Source: Eledone cirrhosa (lineage: Eukaryota). Taken from it: 64,000 nucleotides of DNA. The DNA lies in the NCBI GenBank assembly GCA_964016885.1, contig OZ024741.1, positions 163,866,001-163,930,000 on the forward strand, in the 5' to 3' direction. Each line of letters begins with the position of its first letter. Positions within the stretch are counted from its first letter, which is position 1. Under the pieces are notes generated by a model that saw only the letters and a list, made by a program, of their open reading frames with translations, did not search any database and was not told where the DNA came from. The translations under genes were made by a program, and so were the position numbers. This document shows positions 41,101-55,133 of this stretch, piece by piece.

Positions 41101-42440
41101 CATTCATCTCCTCAATGGCCGTATCTTTGTTCCAGATGTTATTTATTTCAGCATTCAGATCATTGTCTGCTTCGGATGGTTCCTCCGTTCTCTCAACCTC
41201 TTCACCTTCATTTCCCACTGGCTCGTTTGCCTGGCATACTCCACTCTCCATTTCCAACCTAATCTCTCTGCTCAGTTCCTCCAGTTCCAGCTCGCTTATC
41301 CACCCATTAGTTCTTATTACCCGAGCCTGCCCGGCCAATTTTTGTTCATCTAATTTAAATAGACCAATCTCGTTCCAGATGTTATTCATCCGTTTCCTAT
41401 AGCCTTTCTCCTTGGTGTTACTCTTCAGGTAACATTGCATAACAGTTCTATTCAATTCTTTCGTTCAGTTGGTTCTGGTCCCTTTCCTTCCTCTTCTTCC
41501 TCCGACACCAGCAGTATTTGGTTCACAGTCAGGTCCCTGCTGCTGAGCCAGGCAGCACCTGCTGGGTGAGAGTCTGTCACATGACATTCCAGTCTCCACT
41601 TCACCGTTATTCGAACTGTTTAGGTTCGACATTTAAACACTCTTATCGAGGATTGGTGAATGTATGGTTACATAACCACCGGTGATTTCATCACCCCCGG
41701 CGATTTTAGTGTGGCACTATCACGCTGTAGACGAACATAAATAAACAAACAAATAGGTAAAAAAAAAAAAAAAAAAGAATAAGCATAAGTTTCATTGTAA
41801 TGTAATGTTTGAATGTCTGACTTAGTTTTTTCTTTCCTCCTTCTCTGTCTGTCTGTTTGTTTTTCTTTTCATTTTTCTTTTCTTTACGATTTTCGTTGTT
41901 GCTGTGCCGTTTTGATTTTGATTTTTGGTTTTTTTATTTTTTGACCGGGTCATCAAATCAGTCTATTTATATCTTTGATGCCTTCCTCTTTTAGTGGGGG
42001 TACTACGATGCATGTCTTATCAGGAGGTAGTGGGAGAGAATAGCGGCGGTAGCGATAAGGAGGCAATGGTGGTGGTGATGTGTTCGTAGTACTGTAGTGA
42101 TGATGGTGTTGAAGTTGAAGTAGAAATAGAAGTTTAGGTAACTTGATTAGAGTTTTTGGCGTGGTAGTGGTGATGGTGCCGGTGGTGGTGTTGGTGGTGA
42201 AATTATTTAGCCATTTTGCCATTTTCCTCTTTTTCGACTGTAACATTTCTGATCCAAAATTAAATATTAAATATTGGGGCCATATGCCGTAGAGTGATGC
42301 GTTGTGGCTTGCTCAGCGTAAAAAAATGTAATCTTATACGTCATTTGTAATAAGAATTATTCTATCATAGTTGTTTTAAATAAGTAAAAATCAAAAACTT
42401 ACGGGAGCGATTCCATAACGATATATATCCACCATGTGCG

Positions 42441-42441
<1 letters not shown>
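38168..42441 (-). mobile_element. Dong/R4-clade LINE copy 2, near full length but disabled
   Basis: ORF from ATG 41632 to 38237 in pieces: NYRPITCL, IDYKKAFDMVPH, GIFQGDSLSP, FMDD, YKYLGV, CRIC..HIVSEC knuckle, RPDLV..D...K..RY RLE; (TAA)n flanks. Confidence 0.93.
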
Positions 42442-42472
<31 letters not shown>

Positions 42473-42483
42473 GTTATTACTCT

Positions 42484-42922
42484 TTGAGTCTCAGTTATTG
42501 ATGTTAGTTAACTGGAAAGTTTGTTGAGATGAATATCAAGCCACTACCTGCAGCCTCAGATATTCAGGACGTATCGGAGGGTTCTTGCTGTTCCCAGCAA
42601 GCATGCCTTTTGAAGCGTTCCAAAAAGCGTGGCGGGGCCAATTTTCTTTAACCATCCCTGGAAACTTTTTGAGATAGTCCCTAGTGTGCCTATGACAATC
42701 TGGATCACTTTGACTTCATGGCAGTTCCAAATCCTTTTTACCCCCCACTTTAAGTCCTGGTATCGGTTAATTTTCTCCCTCTTCTTGTCTTGCACTCTCG
42801 TGTCGAATGGGCAGGCCACATCCACAATCAGGCACGATCTATTTTCTTTGTCCAAAACCACCAGGTCAGGTCTATTGTGTTCCAGTTTCTTGTCCGTCTG
42901 TATCCCAAAATCCCACAGCAAC
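42484..42922 (-). mobile_element. Dong/R4 copy 3, 5'-truncated RLE end
   Basis: Near-identical to 38168-38603; bounded by (TAA)n on both sides. Confidence 0.92.
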
Positions 42923-42965
<43 letters not shown>

Positions 42966-43109
42966 AGTTGCATTTATCTTGCTTTATGTTCATACGAGTT
43001 ATCACCAAGTCACAACCAGTGGCCTCAAGAGACAACAAGGTCCGCCATGTTCAAGGAAGAACATACATACTCACACATTCATCTTTAGTGTTTAGACTTG
43101 TGATGTACT

Positions 43110-44217
43110 TATATTGACAGAATCTTCCTTAGTATATGGGCAGTTCCCATTAGTACTATCTTTTGTATTTCTCCTATACGCGGGTTTCCTGGGATCTGCT
43201 ATAAGTAATCATTAGACCCCTTAGGTATCATTCCCAGAGCGCCTACAACCACTGGTATTGTTTTAGTTCTCAATTTCCACATTTTTCCAATTTCTATCTC
43301 CAGGTCCTTATACTTGCTCAATTTTTCAAATGTTTTTATAGATACATTCTTGTCTATTGGAACAGACATATCAATTAACAGGCATACCCTCTTTTTAAAG
43401 TCCTTCAATATTATATCAGGTCTATTTGCATCTATTTTTCGGTCTCTTTGGATGCTAAAGTTCCACAAGATTGAGATGTGATCTTTTTCAAGTATGGGAG
43501 GTGGTTGATGCTCCTACCAATTCTTTTGATGGGGCAGGTCAAAATGCTTACACATTATCCAATGTATGTATTGTGCAACTCTGTCATGCCTGTTTAGGTA
43601 TTCGGTTGGAGCTATAGGACTGCACATTGAAATTATATGGTCAATGGTCTCCGGTTGTTTTTTGCATACACGGCATAATGGGCTGCATCCATTTTTTATT
43701 ATGTTGGCTTGGTAATTTTTTGTTGGCAGACACTGATCTTGTGCTGATATAATCAGTCCTTCAGTCTCCGATTTCAGTCCAGAGGATGCCAACCACTGAT
43801 GGGTTAAAGTTTTGTCAACATCAGGATTGTTAGCTCGCTCTGGGTATTTTCCATACAGAGGCTTTTCTTGCCATTTCTTAGCCAGTTTCTGTAGCAGTTC
43901 TTTCTTTGCAGTTACTTTTACCTGCTTTGCTTTTTCTGTGTTTTCCATTTCAGCAGTAAATGGGACTTCTGAAATTTGTAGTCCATTACTGTATCTTTGT
44001 GCATCTTTTGTAATGGAATATGATCTTTTGATGCTTTCGTGTTTCAAAACGAGTTTGATCATCCAATCATGTGATTCCCTTAGATATGTAGATAATCCAA
44101 TTGTTGCATGTTGCAGTTTTCAACGCAATGTCTAACTGAATTAACCCACGTCCTCCTTCTTTCCTAGGGGGATATATTCTATCTATATCTGCCTTAGGGT
44201 GATGCATTCTGTGCATG
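43110..44217 (-). mobile_element. Second Dong/R4 family, 3' fragment (CCHC knuckle plus RLE)
   Basis: GGRGLI, ETEGLIISAQDQ, CRVC...HIISMC, RHDRV and RPDII..LIDMSVP..KLSKYKDL; abuts (TAA)n. Confidence 0.9.
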
Positions 44218-44273
<56 letters not shown>

Positions 44274-44292
44274 CATTACTATTACTTCATTT

Positions 44293-44323
<31 letters not shown>

Positions 44324-44592
44324 ACATCATCAACATCATCATTATCCCTATTGTTGTCGTTGTTAGTTATATTCCTACTACTTTAGTGTGTGGTTTCTAC
44401 CATCGTTAAATCGTGTACTCTAATTGACTGTTTTCTCTACATAACTAAATTAACTAAATTAAGTAGGCAGAGAAGTCGCAAACAGCATGCCTGCTCTTTA
44501 GTTGTATTAAGAATAATCGTTTTTATAACTAATCAAAAATCACAATAGTGTATAGGATTCTGAAATATATTAAATGTTATATATATATATAC

Positions 44593-44651
<59 letters not shown>

Positions 44652-44658
44652 CACACAC

Positions 44659-44797
<139 letters not shown>

Positions 44798-45135
44798 AAT
44801 GTGTGTATTACACGCACACACACACACGCAAACATACACACATATATACATACATTTATATATATATATATATATATATGATATAATGTAATACATAATG
44901 TAGTACATAATATATGATAATATAACGCGTTGCTAATGTGTGATTCCATTTTTGCAAGCGTATATACATGTGTATATATATGTGTATATATATGTGTGTG
45001 TGTGTGTATATTTATATATATGTGTGTGTATGTGTGTGTGTATATTTATATATATGTGTGTGTATACATACACACACACACACACATATATATAAATATA
45101 CACACATACATATATATACATATACATATATACAT

Positions 45136-45180
<45 letters not shown>

Positions 45181-45198
45181 CATACGTATATATATACG

Positions 45199-45232
<34 letters not shown>

Positions 45233-45407
45233 CATATATATACATATATATATGTACATATATATATGTACATATATATATATACATATACATATATATA
45301 TACATATATATATATATAAACATATACATATATATACATATATATATGTACATATATATATATACATATACATATATACATATATATATATATACATATA
45401 TATATAC

Positions 45408-45460
<53 letters not shown>

Positions 45461-45788
45461 CGTGTGTGCATGTGCGTGTACGCATGTATGTGCGTGTGTG
45501 TGTGTGTGTGTGTTCGTGTGTGCATGTGCGTGTACGCATGTATGTGCATGTGTGTGTTTGTGAATGTGTTTGTGTATCAGATCTTAGATTGTAGTTAGCT
45601 TCGCGTGTTAAAACTGCAAATAGACCAAATTTTCGTATGATATGTATGGAAAAATATTCATCTTTATTTTATCTAATTAAAACCTTTTAATTAGGAACAA
45701 CCATCGCCTACAGACACTCAAAAATGTACCACACATTATATTAGAGAGTTAATGTATACAAACGTACACTCAAAAATAAGTGCCCCCC

Positions 45789-45842
<54 letters not shown>

Positions 45843-46049
45843 GTATTAATTTAACAATGAAAATAATAACAATAAAGTCGAGTCATTTTACCTATTCATA
45901 TCATTGTTTTACGGTCGTTTCGGAGGGTTGATTATATTGACATATTGTCTGATCTATAGCAGTTACATAACTGTATACTATCAGACCTCGATCAGACCAA
46001 GGGTAGACCACACTGAAAAAAAAAATATATATATATATAAATATAAATT

Positions 46050-46086
<37 letters not shown>

Positions 46087-46132
46087 CTGTGTGTTATATA
46101 TAAATATATATATATACATATATATATACATA

Positions 46133-46163
<31 letters not shown>

Positions 46164-46203
46164 GATATTAATAAATGGAAACTATATTTATAAAACCATA
46201 TTT

Positions 46204-46266
46204 ATTTCATTATATATATTTCAAGGATACCAAGTTACATTATGGTATGCCTTCATCAGACAAAAT
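46204..46266 (-). ncRNA. Type I hammerhead ribozyme (intact core)
   Basis: ATTTTGT-CTGATGA-AGGcATACCA...TGGTAT-CCTt-GAA-ATATATAT-A-ATGAAAT. Confidence 0.78.
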
Positions 46267-46759
46267 ACAATATATAACAGTGTTATAAATAGACATTGAC
46301 GTACCCCTTTAAAAAAAATTGACCGTTGTTTTTGGAGGCCATCAGGATAGTGATTTGTTTACTTTAGTAAGTCATAGTGTTAAGAGTAAGGAAAAAGATG
46401 GAGAGAGAGAGAGAAACGTGGAAAAAAGAAAGGGAGAGATAGATAAAGAAAAAGAAGAAAACAAAAAGAAAAGAGAACAGAGGAAAAATAACGGGGAGAT
46501 ATCAAACCATCAGACAGAGTTTGATATCTCCCCGTTATTTTTCCTCTGTTCTCTTTTCTTTTTGTTTTCTTCTTTTTCTTTATCTATCTCTCCCTTTCTT
46601 TTCTCCACGTTTCTCTCTCTCTCTCCATCTTTTTACTTACTCTTAACACTATGACTTACTAAAGTAAACAAATCACTATCCTGATGGCCTCCAAAAACAA
46701 CGGTCAATTTTTTTTAAAGGGGTACGTCAATGTCTATTTATAACACTGTTATATATTGT

Positions 46760-46822
46760 ATTTTGACTGATGAAGGCATACCATAATGCCACTTGGTATC
46801 CTTGATATATATATAATGAAAT
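46760..46822 (+). ncRNA. Mirror hammerhead, mutated (GAAA->GATA)
   Basis: Same fold as 46204-46266 with an A14 substitution and a stem I mismatch next to the core. Confidence 0.6.
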
Positions 46823-47081
46823 AAATATGGTTTTATAAATATAGTTTCCATTTATTAATATCGTATATCTACTCCAAATATTTGTCGAGTGCTTTATATC
46901 AGTTATAAAAATATTTGCTTGTTGTATCCCAACAATTTAAATAAAACTTTTGCATATATATATATATGTATATATATATGTGTCTGTATATGTATGTATG
47001 AATGTATAATATAACATATATATATATGTGTGTCTGAAGGCGTATGGCTGAGTGGTTAAAGAATGATATAAATATGTAAGT

Positions 47082-47124
47082 GTCGAAACACTTTCGTCAC
47101 ACATTCTGTGACCTTCTCAATGAC
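47082..47124 (-). ncRNA. Degenerate U3-A8 hammerhead candidate
   Basis: GTCA-TTGAGAA-g-GTCAC agaatgt GTGAC-GAAA-GTGT-T-TcGAC; core and stem II are good, stem III is weak. Confidence 0.45.
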
Positions 47125-47301
47125 TACTTTTCCAAACACGAAGAAAAGACAGAGAAGAACAAAAATAGTCATTGTGAAAGTAACATAACATTTGACAATA
47201 GAGCTTTGAGAATTAATTAATATATATAGACACACATATACATACATACATACATACATACATACATACATACATACATACATACATACATACATACATA
47301 C

Positions 47302-47910
47302 ATGGTGGCTGCCAACTCGTTTTCGAGTACGGCCACTACTTTATATCCATGTAAGAGAACCCCTACCAATGCGCTGAACGAGTGCGACTATTTAGTCCAG
47401 CCAGCGACTTGAAAACTCTAGTACAAACACTACACTTGTGACAATTATTGACACATAGTGCTGGGCCCATGGTACCATGTGACGACAAGTGCAGAGAGAT
47501 CTCCAGATACAAAGCAATGCCTGTGCCGTGAAGCTTTTATAGTGAGCAAAGGCACTGCACAAAGCCAGTCCCACTCTCTTAACCAAGATGATATTTACCA
47601 AAAAGAAGAACAAGTCAACATCATTAGATACCATCAGGGTTGCAGGTGTTATATCATAGTTTTCCTTCTCCTAGAATTCTGCCTTGACAAAGGCTAAGGG
47701 GTCATCTCTCCCGGTGATTTTGGATGGCCATTGACTCTTAAGAGCTCCTTTGCCCTTTGACAGGTTTTGTTTTTAGTCCTGCAGGATGTCCAAAGTCACC
47801 CTACTCACCAAGAAACCTTGGTGGGGTTGCCAGTTTAGTCGCCAACGACCCGACCATGGGACAGGTTGAACTGGGATACATGTTGCCAGTAGCACCAACT
47901 GGTGACCTGA
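47302..47910 (-). mobile_element. Bipartite non-autonomous RTE derivative, longest copy, (TATG)n tail
   Basis: About 610 bp, homologous to 8481-9031; structured 5' part plus RTE-like Zn-finger end and 3' stem-loop. Confidence 0.8.
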
Positions 47911-47983
47911 CATACATACATACATACATACATACATACATACATACATACATACATACATACATACATACATACATACATAC

Positions 47984-48501
47984 ATGGTGTCTGCCAACTC
48001 GTTTTCGAGTACGGCCACTATTTTATATCCATGTAGGAGAACCCCTACTGATGCGCTGAGCGAGTGTGACTTTTTAGTCCAACAGGCGACTTGAAAACTC
48101 TGGTACAAACACTACACATGTGACAATTACTGACACATAGTGCTGGGCCCATTGTACCCTGTGATGACAAGTGCAGAGAGATCTCCAGATATAAAGCAAT
48201 GCCTGTGCCGTGAAGCTTTTATAGTGAGCAAAGGCACTGCACAAAGCCAGTCCCACTCTCTTAACGAAGATGATATTTACCAAAAAGAAGAACAAGTCAA
48301 CATCATTGGATACCATCAGGGTTGCAGGTGTTATATCAGAGTTTTCCTTCTCCTAGAATTCTGCCCTGACAAAGGCTAAGAGGTCATCTCTCCCGGTGAT
48401 TTTGGATGGCCATTGACTCTTAAGAGCTCCTTTGCCCTTTGACAGGTTTTGTTTTTAGTCCTGCAGGATGTCCAAAGTCAGCCTCCTCACCAAGAAACCT
48501 T
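47984..48501 (-). mobile_element. Bipartite RTE derivative, tandem 5'-truncated copy
   Basis: Direct repeat of 47302-47819, separated by (CATA)n. Confidence 0.8.
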
Positions 48502-48715
48502 AGATACATACATTTATATATATTGTACTGTTGTTTATCCAAGGCTTGCACGAATAAACTCTACGGCTTCATGAACCTAAAAATATTGGAGGACTCTTTC
48601 GATTGTTTTGGATCCCTAATTGCTGTATACCTAAGTTACGCATTCAACGTTTCCCACTTTGACAAATTTAATCGTCAAATGTTCCATTATAATCGCTTAT
48701 ATATATATATAATCG

Positions 48716-48788
<73 letters not shown>

Positions 48789-49294
48789 ATATCTTCGATG
48801 CTAATGCCAACTACTATAATAATGAGTTATCTAGGGCTGGATATCCAGACAAAATTAAATACACTAAGGATATATATCTTGGCAGAACTTATAGTAATGT
48901 AGCTAGTTATAAGCATACCAGTAACATAAAGAGTAGATCTAGATATAAGAATATACTTATTATTAATATCCCTAAATTATTTTTTAGGGCTTTAGATAAC
49001 ATCTTCCCCCCTTCACATATTTATACCAAGATTTTCAATAAACATACCATTAAATTCTCATATTCCACTACTTCCAACTTTTCAAAAATTATCTTTAGAC
49101 ATAATTCTAAAATATTAAATAATAACTCATATGCATCCAAGCATGAGAGTCATAATAATAACACTCTAAGGACCGACGTCAATGTAAACTCTAGGCAAAG
49201 TAACTTAAATATAAATATGACTTCAAACGTATCTTTGAGGAATGCTTCAAATAGTAACGTAAATCACCTCCTTTAGTGAATAGTATCTCCTTTA

Positions 49295-49798
49295 GTGAAT
49301 TCCACCACCCCAGTTCCTATTATTAATAATCCAGGGCCACTGGTAAATAACTCTGTTAATAATTTTAATCGTAAATGCCTTATTAGAACTAATTGTCCTC
49401 TTAGTAATTTCTGTCTCGATAAAAACTTAATATATGAATGTAAAGTGGTAACTTGTACTAATACCTATACCTACATTGGCTCTACTTCAACTTCTTTTAA
49501 AGCAAGACTCTATAACCATTCTTCTACATTTAAATATCCACTTAAAAGAACCAGCACTGCACTCTCAGAACTTATTTGGTCCTTAAAAGACAAAAACATT
49601 AATTACGAAATCTCTTGGCGTAAAATTTGCAACGCTTTACCTTACTCCAACGCTTCCATATCTAGGGTCTGTAATTTATGTCTAACTGAAAAATTTACCA
49701 TTATCTCGAATTTCAACTCTCTAATAAATAGACGTATGGACTTATTTGCTATCTGTATTCATAAATCTTTTAAGACCTTTCACAAAGTATACAGCTAA
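49295..49798 (+). pseudogene. GIY-YIG endonuclease domain of the PLE
   Basis: LIY/YIG motifs, conserved R, H, E and N, CxxC; out of frame with the upstream thumb. Confidence 0.88.
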
Positions 49799-50177
49799 TG
49801 TCCTATAACTTATTCTACGATTAACGGTTAATATTTTTTACACATATATAATTTACACATATATTTTCACATATTTTTCTCACATATTTCATTATATTCT
49901 ACAATCTATTAATCCACTTTTCTTTGCATTATTAAGCCTTTCCCCTTCTTTCTCTATTGACGTTAATTTTTTCGTTCAAACCTTCGTAGATTTTGTAAAC
50001 AATCTATGACGTCATATGTATTTTTACGTTTAAACCTTTCTAGCTATTTCCTTTACTTACTTGTTGATATAAAATATTAAATTAATAATCTAATAGTATA
50101 CCCCACATATATAAATTTTTAATAGTAATTTTTAATTTTGACATAGATGGACTATTCTTATTTTTATTTATTATTTT

Positions 50178-50361
50178 GGATTGGCAGTATCGGTAGAGGG
50201 TCGGACGCCATGCTTTCCAGCATAGTTACGTCCCTTTACGATCTGAGTTCAAATCCCGCCGAGGTTGACTTTGCCTTTCATCCTTATGGGGTCGATAAAA
50301 TAAAATACCAGTAATGCACTGGGTAATTGCTGGTCTTGTGCCTAAAGTAGAAACAATTATT
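50178..50361 (+). mobile_element. tRNA-derived SINE nested in the PLE 3' UTR
   Basis: Same family as 3787-3978. Confidence 0.88.
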
Positions 50362-50394
50362 TGTTTTATTCTAGTCTTTTTTATTCTAGTCTAT

Positions 50395-50790
50395 CTCATT
50401 TTATTTCATTTTATTTTATTTTACTTTATTTTATTTTATTTTATCTTATTTTATTTTATTTAAAAAAAAACTTTTTTTATAATTATTATTATTATTTTCA
50501 ATTTAATTTTAATTTTAATTTTAATTTTAATTTTTATTTTTATTTTTATTTTTATTTTTATTTTTATTTTTATTATTTTTATTTTTATTTTTATTTTTAT
50601 TTTTATTTTTATTTTTATTTTTATTTTTATTTTTATTTTTATTTTTATTTTTATTTTTATTTTTATTTTTATTTTTATTTTTATTTTTATTTTACTTTAT
50701 TTTATTTTATTTTATTTTATTTTATTTTATTTTACTTTATTTTATTTTATTTTTTATTTATTTTATTTTATTTTATTTTATTTATACATT
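50395..50790. repeat. (TTTTA)n/(TTTTTA)n array
   Basis: Direct reading. Confidence 0.95.
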
Positions 50791-50996
50791 TTTATACTTC
50801 TTAATCCAATGTTTAGTATTCAAACTCAATATTAAATAATATACCCTGTTTATATATTCTAGACATCTAATATTCGTTATATTGGCACATTCACCTCATT
50901 AATCTATTTATTTATTTATTTATTTTTATATTTATTTTATTTTTATTATATACATATTTTTTTAGACGTTATTCATTTTTGGACAGCGTTCCCGAT

Positions 50997-51063
<67 letters not shown>

Positions 51064-51246
51064 CTCTCTCTCTTTCTCTCTCCTCCTTCTTTCTTTCTTT
51101 TTCCTCTTCTATTTCGTTTTCCTTTTTCATTCTTCTTTCCTTTTCTTCATTTTTGCTATTTTTTTCTCTTCTCTTATACTTTTGTCATATGTTGACTGAA
51201 CACTTTCTTGTTCACAAGTGTTTTTAGGCCTCATATCATGTTACAT

Positions 51247-51316
51247 TATTTTATCTGATGAGAACACAATTTTTGTCCCAAGATGATGTTGTTTTCGAAA
51301 TGCGCATAATAAAATA
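51247..51316 (+). ncRNA. Type I hammerhead ribozyme at the PLE 3' end
   Basis: TATTTTAT-CTGATGA-GAA...TTC-GAA-ATGCGCAT-A-ATAAAATA: perfect 8-bp stem I and palindromic stem III. Confidence 0.85.
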
Positions 51317-51353
51317 TACGGAACTTTTTTAACCATCTTTTAATCTCTTCTTT

Positions 51354-51636
<283 letters not shown>

Positions 51637-51676
51637 TATATGTAAATATATATATATATATAAATGTGTGTGTATG

Positions 51677-51722
<46 letters not shown>

Positions 51723-52313
51723 AGGTAAGTATGTATGTATACGTACATACATATATGTATACAGACGTACAGTAGTATGTATATATATACATATATGCAC
51801 ACATATATATATGTACGTATCGGTTTACCGAACATTTATTATAATGTTCTGTTTGTTTCTTTGTAAACAAACAAACAGCCCGAATTACGCCGTATAGTGT
51901 TCAGGCAACCATCGTCGCCTTTTTGTTCAATACTGACACAGGAACGATGTACTAGTTTCAAGCTTATTAGCTATCGTCAGCATCGTATATCTTCCTGCCA
52001 GATGATTGAACGTCTGAACTGATATACTCTCCTTATGCATATTAATGGCTGAGCAGTCTAATTTGCATACGTCTGTATACATATATGTATGTACGTCTGT
52101 ATACATATATGTATGTACGTATACATACATACTTACATTTAAGTATCAGCCGTACTAAGAGTGAAAAATGAAATTTCGTTTCATTCTTTTCCATTTATCG
52201 TTTTCGGTGCGCCCAGCCGACTAACTCACTCGATATGCAAATTAGGCGGGTCAGCCGTTAATATGCTTTATACAAGAAGAATTACATACAGATATACTTG
52301 AATATATATATAT

Positions 52314-52743
52314 ATAGGAAAATGTTCAAGACCCCAACAGCAGAGCTCAAGCCGTTTCGACAGCTATTTCTAGACTAAATTAGAATTTTTAGCGTGGTAA
52401 TAGCCGAACTTTTCAAGGGGTAATTCCTTATATGGGAAGATTGTAGTTGTCAACAGGATTGGTCAAAATTTCTTGTAAACACAATTAAATCTTTCATGGC
52501 GTTGGGTGGGAGGTGGGGGTGACTGAACTTGCCTGAGAACAATGAGGGAGTGGGTGGACCCGCACAAGGAGTTACCCTTCAAAAGTTCGGCTAAAATTCT
52601 AATTTAGTCTAGAAATAGCCATCGAAACGGCTTGAGCTCTGCCGTCAGTGTCTTGAACATTTTCCTATTACCCACTCTACACCCTAAGTATTGAGTACTC
52701 CGGTGCGTTATGGTCCATCTAGTTCCCTACCACATTTCCTTCG

Positions 52744-52746
<3 letters not shown>
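52314..52746. mobile_element. Fold-back element: about 115-bp arms (52314-52436 / 52558-52668) plus tail; U3-A8 HHR-like core
   Basis: Arms are reverse-complementary. Minus strand TTGAAAA-g..CGGCTA...TAGCTG.c-GAAA; stems I and III are poor. Confidence 0.75.
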
Positions 52747-52820
<74 letters not shown>

Positions 52821-52822
<2 letters not shown>

Positions 52823-53012
52823 TTATTCCGGGTTGAATCGGGGGTAACCATAGTAAGTAAGGTACTCAATACTTAGCAGAGTATAAATGTTTTAATATAG
52901 AAGAGCTTCTACAGGACTAGAACTGTTTCATTCGTGAGAAATCATGAGGAAGCTGGCTCTGATGATTTCTAACGGATGAAACAGTTCTAGTCCTGCAGAA
53001 GCTCTTCTATAT
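52821..53012. mobile_element. Mini fold-back element: about 50-bp arms (52895-52945 / 52962-53012), tail, HHR-like core at 52959-52981
   Basis: GGCT-CTGATGA-tTTC taac GGAt-GAAA, similar to the 22007 motif; cleavage-site register imperfect. Confidence 0.72.
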
Positions 53013-53013
53013 G

Positions 53014-53085
<72 letters not shown>

Positions 53086-53282
53086 TGTAGATAAATCTAC
53101 CAAGAGTTTACGGTAGTGTCCAATCCGTATGAAGAACTCAATGTAATCCGGATATCATGGAAAGAAGAGATGCAATGAAAAATTACTTTCGGTGAAAGAT
53201 AAACGGAATACAGAGTCAAGATAAAATATTTAAAAAATAATGAATAAAACAATGAAACAGTTCCTTATATTAAACAAAAAAG

Positions 53283-53437
53283 TTCATTATTTAACGATCG
53301 TTTCTAGGATATATATGTGTTAGAATTGGCATGCATATTCAACAGATCTATGTACAAAATTATACAAAATTATACAAACTATCAAAATTAAATATACATA
53401 CCAAACACATATATATGCCGTCTTCAGAAATAATGAA
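53283..53437 (-). ncRNA. Type I hammerhead with very long stem II (left arm)
   Basis: Reverse complement of 62114-62268. Confidence 0.82.
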
Positions 53438-54197
53438 ATATATTTATTGATAATAACAACAATTCAAAATTTCAGGTCCGTTTGGGAACAGAGTTCAAAT
53501 TGACCAATGAAAATACAAAAAATTTTATGCAGTTTGGTGTGTGTATATACATGTAATTAATTTCTTACACATATTTACATGAAGATATATGTTCACATGC
53601 ATACGCATGCCAAAAAGATGTATGCAAATACAAAAATTCAAGGCTAATGTCTCTGTAAGTCTATAATCCACAGATAAAATGCGTATAGACACATAAATAT
53701 GAAATAAATGTATAGACACATTCATATACTCACACATATTCGTACACTCACACACACACGCGCGTATATGCATAAACATACACATAACTACGAACATACA
53801 TACACACACACACACCCACACACATATATATGTGCATATAGTATTATCATAAGCATATGGACATTAATGCACGCACATAAACACTGCCACACATATTTAG
53901 ATCAGGATACAGAAATTAGGTGGGAGGGGGGGAGAGGTCAGTATTCAACGGTTTCGGCAGACTGCTTATTTATAGATGTATCTATAAACTTAGAAATAAA
54001 AAGAAAAGAAAAAGAAAAAAGAAAAAAGAAATATATCAAGAAAATATATATATATATATATACATGTAAAGTTATATTTAAAATTGTTGGGTTACAACTA
54101 GTAAATATTTATAACTGATATAAAAGCACTCGACAAATATTTGGAGTATATTTACAATATTAAATAAATGGAAAACTATATTTATAAAACCATATTT

Positions 54198-54261
54198 ATT
54201 TCATTATATATATTTCGGGGCTATCATATTAACAATATGCTATGCCTTCATCAGACAAAAT
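54198..54261 (-). ncRNA. Type I hammerhead ribozyme
   Basis: Mirror of 54429-54492 with intact core. Confidence 0.75.
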
Positions 54262-54428
54262 ACAATATAAACAGTTTTATAGATAAATATATTCGACATA
54301 CCGTAATAAACATCAACTTCATTTGAAGAGGTTTAGTCTAGCAGTCTGCTAGACTAAACCTCTTCAAATGAAGTTGATGTTTATTACGGTATGTCGAATA
54401 TATTTATCTATAAAACTGTTTATATTGT

Positions 54429-54492
54429 ATTTTGTCTGATGAAGGCATAGCATATTGTTAATATGATATCCCCGAAATATATATAATGAAAT
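54429..54492 (+). ncRNA. Type I hammerhead ribozyme
   Basis: ATTTTGT-CTGATGA-aGG..CATATT gtt AATATG..CC-GAA-ATATATAT-A-ATGAAAT. Confidence 0.75.
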
Positions 54493-54526
54493 AAATATGG
54501 TTTTATAAATATAGTTTTCCATTTAT

Positions 54527-54559
<33 letters not shown>

Positions 54560-54969
54560 TCCACACATACACACACACACACACACACATATATATACAT
54601 ATACATATATATATACACACATATACACACATACATATATACATACACATACATATACACATATATACACACACATATACATACACACACATATATATAC
54701 ATACACATATACATACACACACATATATATATACAAACAAGTAAAATATAAAGTATACATCGATATACATACATATAGACATATAAATAAATACACACGC
54801 ATACACACACATACATATACATACATATACATACACATATATATAAACACATACATACACATACATATACATACACATACCATATAAATACACATACACA
54901 TACATAGACGCATACATATAGAGACACATACATATACACATATAAATACATAGACACATACACACATAA

Positions 54970-55026
<57 letters not shown>

Positions 55027-55082
55027 TTTTACACACATATACACATACACGCATACATATATATATATATACACATACATGC

Positions 55083-55133
<51 letters not shown>

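Larger units (their letters stand above)
46164..46955. mobile_element. HHR fold-back element: 344-bp arms (46164-46507 / 46519-46862), 11-nt loop, 90-bp unpaired tail
   Basis: Direct reverse-complement match with a few substitutions; outer part homologous to 54062-54534. Confidence 0.92.
48785..51350 (+). mobile_element. 5'-truncated Penelope-like element (Naiad-type): RT thumb/linker, GIY-YIG endonuclease, 3' UTR with HHR
   Basis: 48785-49276 reads YYNNELSRAGY...FFRALDNIFPPSHIYTKIFNKHTIKFSYS...HNSKIL. ORF 49295-49798 reads CPL..CL..LIY...YIGST..FKAR..H...CNLCLTEK...N.R...CIH. Flanked by (TA)n. Confidence 0.85.
54062..54534. mobile_element. HHR fold-back element: near-perfect 379-bp palindrome (54156-54534, 1-nt loop at 54345) plus tail
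   Basis: ctagcag-t-ctgctag centre; same family as 46164-46955; absent from the mirror arm at about 61476-61504. Confidence 0.92.

Noticed and set aside
45904-46000. Minus-strand CTGATCGA...GAAACGACCGTA hammerhead-like motif
   Set aside because: The core has an extra base and stem I does not pair.
47800-47910. HDV-like or twister ribozyme at the 5' end of the bipartite RTE element
   Set aside because: Only partial resemblance (TCCC loop, CTAA before a pairing segment); I could not assign all required helices and pseudoknots.
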